Origin: Heteronotia binoei
Lineage: Eukaryota
Direction: 5' to 3'
DNA: 64,000 nt
NCBI RefSeq assembly: GCF_032191835.1
Contig: NC_083237.1
Span: 18,600,001-18,664,000 of the forward strand
The position numbers and the translations under genes are program-made. Position 1 is the stretch's first letter; each line of letters opens with the position of its first letter. Below are positions 58,078 through 64,000 of the stretch, in pieces. A model generated the notes under the pieces. That model ran no database searches. It worked only from the letters and a program-made list of their open reading frames with translations, and was not told the origin of the DNA.

Positions 58078-58422
58078 GAGCCCCGTGGTGCAGAGTGATA
58101 AAGTTGTACTACTGCAGTCGGAGCCCTCTGTGCACGACCTGAGTTCGATCCCGGCGGAAGCTGGGTTTAGGTAGCTGGCTCCAGGCTGACTCAGCTCTCC
58201 ATCTTGGGGAGGGAGGGTTGCTCAGTGGTAAAGCATCTGCTTGGTAAGCAGAAGGTCCCAGGTTCAATCCCCAGCATCTCCTACTTAAAGGGTCCAGGCA
58301 AATAGGTGTGAAAACCTTAGCTTGAGACCCTGGAGAGCCACTGCCGGTCAGAGGAGATAATGCTGTCTTTGGCGTACCGAGGGTCTGATTCAGTATAAGG
58401 CAGCGTCATATGTTCATATGTT
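58078..58422 (+). mobile_element. Sauria SINE 5' part followed by a Squam2-like SINE (58206-58422)
   Basis: Two consecutive tRNA-like heads with the respective bodies. Confidence 0.7.
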
Positions 58423-59204
58423 TTATTTCGGAGGTGATTGTTTGCTCAGACAATTCTGTGGCAATATGGCTGGGGGTATGGGCGCAGGCAAGCCTAATGG
58501 CAGAAGCCTGCACCGAGGCCACCATCCCCGTCATCATCGGAGGATGAGGATGGAGCAGCAGTAGAACCTAGTATACTGCACAGGCTGAGGGTGCTTGAGC
58601 AGGTGTCAGGTGTCCCTTCTCCAAGTGGGGGGGACGGGATGAGGCAATCCAGGAAGGCAAGGCAAGTTAGCATTCTCACCAGGCTGTCTATTCTTGAGGG
58701 CAGGTATGGTGGAGTCGTGCCTGGCAGGGATGCCGGTCTCAGTGGTCCTGATGCAGGTGCGGTGGGCAAGGGTGGGGGTGAACCGGGATCTCACGTTTCT
58801 CGAGTTTTTTCCCATCTTAGTTGTACTTTGGCTGTGGGGGAAGGATATGGCCAATCACACCGTTCATTTTGGTGTGATAATATGGCAGTGGTCCACGTCA
58901 TTAATTCCCTCTCATCCAAATCTGGGTAGGTTATGAGATTGGCGAGGGCCTTCACTCTGCGTTGTTTGCGGCTTAATATTCTGTTTTTAGCCAAGCATGT
59001 TCCTGGGGTTAGTAATGGGATGGCAACAGATGGAGAGATTTCATCAGCTGGCCCCAGAGGCAGACCGGTGCCAATGCCCCAGGAGCTATGGCTGATTGGA
59101 GAGCCGAGGCCTGCAGAGCGATAGGTCTAGCCATTGCGCCTAGCACACAGAAGTCTTTCGAACGGGCTGTGTGGCAGTTTGAAGACTTTAGGGCTGAGGT
59201 AGGG

Positions 59205-59878
59205 TGTCATGCCTGCCCCTGACCCAGCACCTGCTAGCTCAGAGCAGGCGCCTTTAACAGCCCTGGACGTAAGTCCTGAGGAGGCAAGCCAGCAGCAGGA
59301 GCCACCTGGAACTGATCAGGCCACGCCGGGCCCCAGCTCATCCCCTCCTGAATCTCCACCACCTGTTAGCCGGCTCCGTGAAAGGAGACGGCAGGAGATT
59401 AGAAACAGAAGGAGTGAAGCACGCATGCGGGGGAGAAGAGATCTAAGCCCGGCATACTAATGGGTTAACAAGCCAGCACAGTATATCTGCAATCCTGGCC
59501 CTTTGGCAAACTGTGCTGGCAACGAACGATCCTCCTGGGACGTGACCACGCTCTGCACCCTCTTGACTCCTGTGAGAACCCGCATACTTCTGACCCGGTT
59601 TGGACCTTGGACCTCTGGATTGTGACTCTGCTCTGTGGACTTGCTTTGGTAATTTGACTTCATTCGGCTTTGCTCTCTCTGGTTACCCGACCCTCGGCAT
59701 TCCTGTGTTTACGCTCTCTGTCTCATCCCTTGGCTCGGACTGATTTATGGTTTTGACTAATTGGACTGTTTAAGATAACGCCTGTGCTGCTCCCTGAAAA
59801 CCTCAGCCGGCTGCAAGAGTTCAGGCTGACTGCCAGGACACCAGCAGCCGTTTCCTACCCGAGGCTCGAGTCGTGACA
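59205..59878. mobile_element. Solo LTR inserted in the Ngaro YR ORF
   Basis: TGTCA...TGACA termini, TSD TAGGG on both sides, and the YR sequence resumes after it. Confidence 0.85.
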
Positions 59879-61528
59879 TAGGGTACCGCAGGGTGTGGCC
59901 CCTTACGGTGGAGGAATTACTCCATTACTGTGTTTTGCTGAGAAGTAAGGGGTTGGCAGTGCGATCCATTAGGGGGCGCCTGTCTGCGTTGGCTTTTGCC
60001 AGCAAGGGAAGACACGGCGGACTTTGGTCTGCGAAAGATGTGGGAGGGGTGATCTAGAACGGCCGGTCCCAGGGTTGATACGTGGAGTCCCGTGTCTCCT
60101 TCGATTCTATGTGGTTTGATGAAGTTCTTGGACATGTGTGCTTCGCCTTTGAAGCATGTTTGTTCCATGCTGTGTCCTTGTTAGCCTTTTGGGGGGGCTC
60201 TTAGGGTGAGCGAGCTGTTGACGAGACACCAGTCTTGGGCGGTGACGGCCCGGGCTTTTTGTGAGCTGGGGTTGTCAGGGGTGCAGTTTTGGGACCCACT
60301 CCTTTGGACTGGGGCGGCCTCTACAGCAGTGGACATGGGGTATCCTGCTACTTCTATTCGGAGGCTGGGTCGGTGGCATTCATCGACCTATAAGGCTATG
60401 TACGACCTTTTCGCGGGCCGTGAGTAACTTTGGTTGTTGGAATGCTATTGGTTCTGTTTGTGTTAACTGTTTTTTCTCTTTAGATGCTGCTGTTCCTGGC
60501 CAGAGGAGCCGGAGTCGAGTTCTCATCTCGGCCATAGACACGTGTTTTGGGCCGCTCTTCAGGGACGGAGAACTGCGGTCGGCTCTCAGCTGGGACTCAG
60601 CCAGCATGCCGTTATCGAATGGCAGGGGCACCGGGGCCTTCAGTGGCCGGGCTCGCTACCATTTTGGTTCAATCATAGAGCGGGTCCTCCTCCTCAGATC
60701 TTAATTGTTCACCTGGGAGGTAATGATCTGGGGTTGTTGAAGGGCAAGGCCTTGGTATGGCAAGCCTGTGATGATTTCCAGCACATTGGGAGCGATGGCC
60801 GGGGACCATCGTAGTGTGGTCAGCCATGCTGCCCCGCCTGGTATGGCGTTGTGCTTTGGACCCCACAGTTATAGAAAGGGCTAGATACAAGGCCAACAAG
60901 GAACTTAAAAAACTGCTAGAAAGGGCATTGGGCTACTATTTGCCCCATCCAGATATTTTGGTAAATGTCCTGGCCTCTACAGAGGGGATGGGGTCCTTCT
61001 CTCGGAAAAGGGTAATATGCTTTTCCTGAGAGATTTGCAGCAAGGGTTGCGGGTGGCTTTGGGCCTTCCGGTGGGCACTAAGCCCTAAGTAGAGACTTGG
61101 CCTTAGTAGTGGCAGGTTTTTGGGGTTTAGGACACTATGCGGCTAGGGGAGGACTGCGAAGCATCCCCCTTTTGGGGAATTTGGGGTCTGGCATGAACAA
61201 CCTGGGGTTTGGAGACCCGGGTTTGGAGATTGCAGACTGTCCAGGAGGCTCGGCTAGAGGGTGCCTTTCTGGCGAGACGTGCGTTTGGGTTTGGGGCCCT
61301 CTGGTGCGTGCCTCCCTGCTGGGCCTGCCTGGAGGGAGCTGAGTTGCTCAGCTCTGGCTGGGGGGCTGGGTCTCTCGCCCGTTAATGGCAGGGGAGCGGT
61401 CGCGGTGACCCCTAGCCCTGACCAGGCCGCTGGTGGGGTACCCTTGCTGTTTATGCTGTTAGTTAATAAAGTGGCCCAATTTTATTCCAATGCATTGTGT
61501 CTGACTCTTTATTCCGACCTTGGGGGGC

Positions 61529-61880
61529 AAATGGGCTTTGTGGCATTTAAAATTCACTGTAAAATGGTGAAGGCAAATTTGTGGTGGCTACTTCATGGAG
61601 TTGGGACTGTCATTAACAACAACAACAAATTATTCATTTGTACAAGGGGATCTACATAACATTGCATTTGAAATTTGGTGGTGTTGTGTTGTCAAGACCC
61701 TCCTCTTGCATGGCAAGACCTTTGACATGCATTCCATTTCACAAAGAGTTCTTTGTGAAATCCCTTGATGCAGTCTCTACTCTGAAAATGACAAGCTCCT
61801 CCGTGACCCTCCATAACCTTTGACTAATTTGGGGCTGCCTACCTGAGCAATCTAATAAATACTGAACAGAGAAAGGGTCT
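61529..61880 (-). repeat. Right arm of inverted duplication, outer part
   Basis: Reverse complement of 53806-54160. Confidence 0.88.
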
Positions 61881-62145
61881 CTTCTTGTATGGGTAACTAC
61901 AGTAGTCATCTATCTTTGATGGAAATCTCAGGTGTTTTGTCGTATATTTCCTCTCGCTTTCCTCCTTTTTACACGTGAGGGCAGTAGCAACCTTAAAGAC
62001 CAAAAAGGTGTCCAGGGTAGGAGCTGCAAAGCATATTCCCTGGAAATTTTGTTGGACTTTAAGGTGATAGCGGACTTGTCTTTTTGTCTTCTACTGCAGA
62101 GGAACATGGCACCCGCCTGAAACCATCCTTTTTGCATGGTTACCT

Positions 62146-62392
62146 TTCTGTTCAAAACTATTGTCTTTCTTCTCCACAACTTGCCTAGTGCTTCCTTCAC
62201 CTGAGATACCACCATTAAGTGAAATGATATGATGGAGGAGGATTTTAACTGATTACCTTTGCTGATTACCTTACCCGATGACCTTTTTCAATCAGGCTGA
62301 TAATCACAGGGCCTAAGACAGCACAACAAACACGATATTACCAAGGATCACCGAAACATCCTTGAAAATTGAACTAATGAGACGAGCAGTTG
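62146..62392 (-). pseudogene. OR pseudogene fragment paralogous to the 18196 OR
   Basis: Matches TM5-ICL3-TM6 start and QVKEALGKLWRRK, with the TM6-TM7 segment deleted and the 5' two-thirds absent. Confidence 0.85.
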
Positions 62393-62542
62393 TTCACCTG
62401 TCCCTTAAGCTAAAAGGTTAAACTAAACCAACCCTCATCAGGTGTTAAGAAAGGGAAGAGATAACCAAATGCTCTCATGTTCTCAGTGACATTTTTGGGA
62501 GAATGGTATAGTTCACATTTCAAACTCAGAAAAATAAAAGAA

Positions 62543-62803
62543 GAAGACACTGGATTTATATCCCACCCTATACTCTGAATCTTAGAGCAGTCAGAATCTC
62601 CTTTACCTTCACCCCCACACCAGACACCCTGTGAGGTGGGGCTGAGAGAGCTCTCGCAGCAGCTGCCCTTTTTCAAGGAGAGCTCTGCGAGAGCTTCGGT
62701 TAACCCAAGGCCATTCCAGTAGCTGCAAGTGGAGGAGTGGGGAATGAAACCCAGTTCTCCCAGATAAGAGTCTGCCACTTAACCACTACACCAAACTGGC
62801 TCT
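62543..62803 (-). mobile_element. Squam3-like SINE
   Basis: Full-length reverse-complement match. Confidence 0.85.
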
Positions 62804-63529
62804 CAAGTAGTTATTTGATTTTGGGGAGAATTTTTTGGGAGAATGGGAGAGTTCACATTTCAGATATTTGATTTTCAAAATATAACCATTCTGTATAGAG
62901 TCAACGACACTAAAACCATCTATATAACATATCTAAAAATATAAATCAGGATTACCTACAGTTAGATCATATAGAGAAACAGTAGTGGTTTTTGCATACG
63001 ATTATTTTTTTTGCACTTGCTGGAATGCGTAAGAATTATACAGTTGGGAGAGCCTGACAAAATAATGGACAAATCATTTACTATATTTATTATAGAATAT
63101 GTGCTTCAAAAGCACCTACATAGTATTCTAGTGGAAATGTGTGTTGTTATCTTCCAGTGCACAAAGGGGTTGGAAACACTGAACAGAGAACAGTACCTTT
63201 TTTTTCTTTTCATAGCATATATATATATATTGCTCACAGACCATTTGGTCATAAGCAAATGGCTATGAAATAGAAAATTCATCAATAATATAGATTTTAC
63301 AGATTTTACAAAATAAATGTTTAGAATCAGCAAAGTGCACAACATAAAACATCATTTCCCATTTTCTTAAAATCCTCCTCTTGACTCTTAAATCTAAACA
63401 CTCTCAGAAGAAATCTTACAACTGAAACTGGGATGGTTAGATCAAAGCCACCAAGTAAAAGTGGGAGCTAATTTTCTACACCCAGATCAATATCGGAAAT
63501 CGGTGAGTCGATAAACTGTTTTCTTAAGT

Positions 63530-63720
63530 AGTTATACCTTTGGCAAACAAAAAGACACGTTTTACAGTTGCAAAAGAGCCAGATCCACAACCACACAATC
63601 TCTTGGAATAGGGCTTTCTCATGTAGCGCCCACTAAGAAAAGCAGTAGGGAGCACATTAAATCTGGCTAAAAAGAAGACTCTTCTGGGATGGTCAGAAAA
63701 ACTATAAAGGGACAATAGGA
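63530..63720 (-). mobile_element. RTE-X-like LINE fragment
   Basis: FFLARFNVLPTAFLSGRY..KRLCGCG is the same family as 33530-33915. Confidence 0.5.
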
Positions 63721-64000
63721 CTTGGAGTATATAAAACCAAAGAAGGCAGGAGAGCGCACTTGATGAACTTGGATAATAGTGCCGTTTAAGTCCCTTTGTT
63801 GTCCACTATTGTACAGATCAGCTTTTCCTCATACACTAATCTTGAATGTTTTGTTATATTTTTCCTGTCCCTTTCCTCTTTTTTTCACTGTCAATTTTAC
63901 TTTTTAAAAAGACTGCCTTTCTCCTCCATAATCGGAACAGTGCCTCTTTCACCTGATCATTCCTCAGACAGTAAATCATGGGGTTGAGAAAGGGTGTTAA

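Larger units (their letters stand above)
56506..61528 (+). mobile_element. Ngaro-type tyrosine-recombinase retrotransposon, internally deleted
   Basis: RNase H (LEFFPILV..WCDNMAVVHVIN..KHVPGVSN), YR boxes (GALRVSEL; THS..GAAS..GRW), and SGNH-like ILIVHLGGNDL. It interrupts the duplicated arm with no TSD. Confidence 0.82.

Noticed and set aside
53806-64000. Upstream TPR-encoding TTC5 exons
   Set aside because: No matching peptide seen in the ORF track or by eye; exons under 60 codons could have been missed.

Overview
Vertebrate genomic DNA from a squamate reptile, most likely a gecko (inferred from the SINE/LINE complement). Host genes: the last three coding exons of a vomeronasal type-2 receptor (+, 1762-5342); three intact, single-coding-exon OR11-family-like olfactory receptors (+, 18196, 26397, 36596); two OR fragments; and the last three coding exons of TTC5 (-, 46588-49179). 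TTC5 breaks off at a 100-N gap and is 1 nt short at the end of its penultimate exon. The rest is dense in transposons: a full-length RTE LINE with an intact 1075-codon ORF, L2, CR1, L1, BovB and RTE-X fragments, tRNA- and 5S-derived SINEs, many hAT/Harbinger MITEs with TSDs, Penelope relics, a young Gypsy element, and a decayed Ngaro (YR + SGNH) element inside a large inverted duplication of OR 3'-flank DNA. The most notable candidates are an HDV-like ribozyme core in the RTE 5' UTR, hammerhead relics in the Penelope ends, and a 64-nt spliceosomal-type intron between the Ngaro YR and SGNH ORFs. Family and gene assignments come from recalled motifs; no database search was run. Repeat boundaries without TSDs are approximate.
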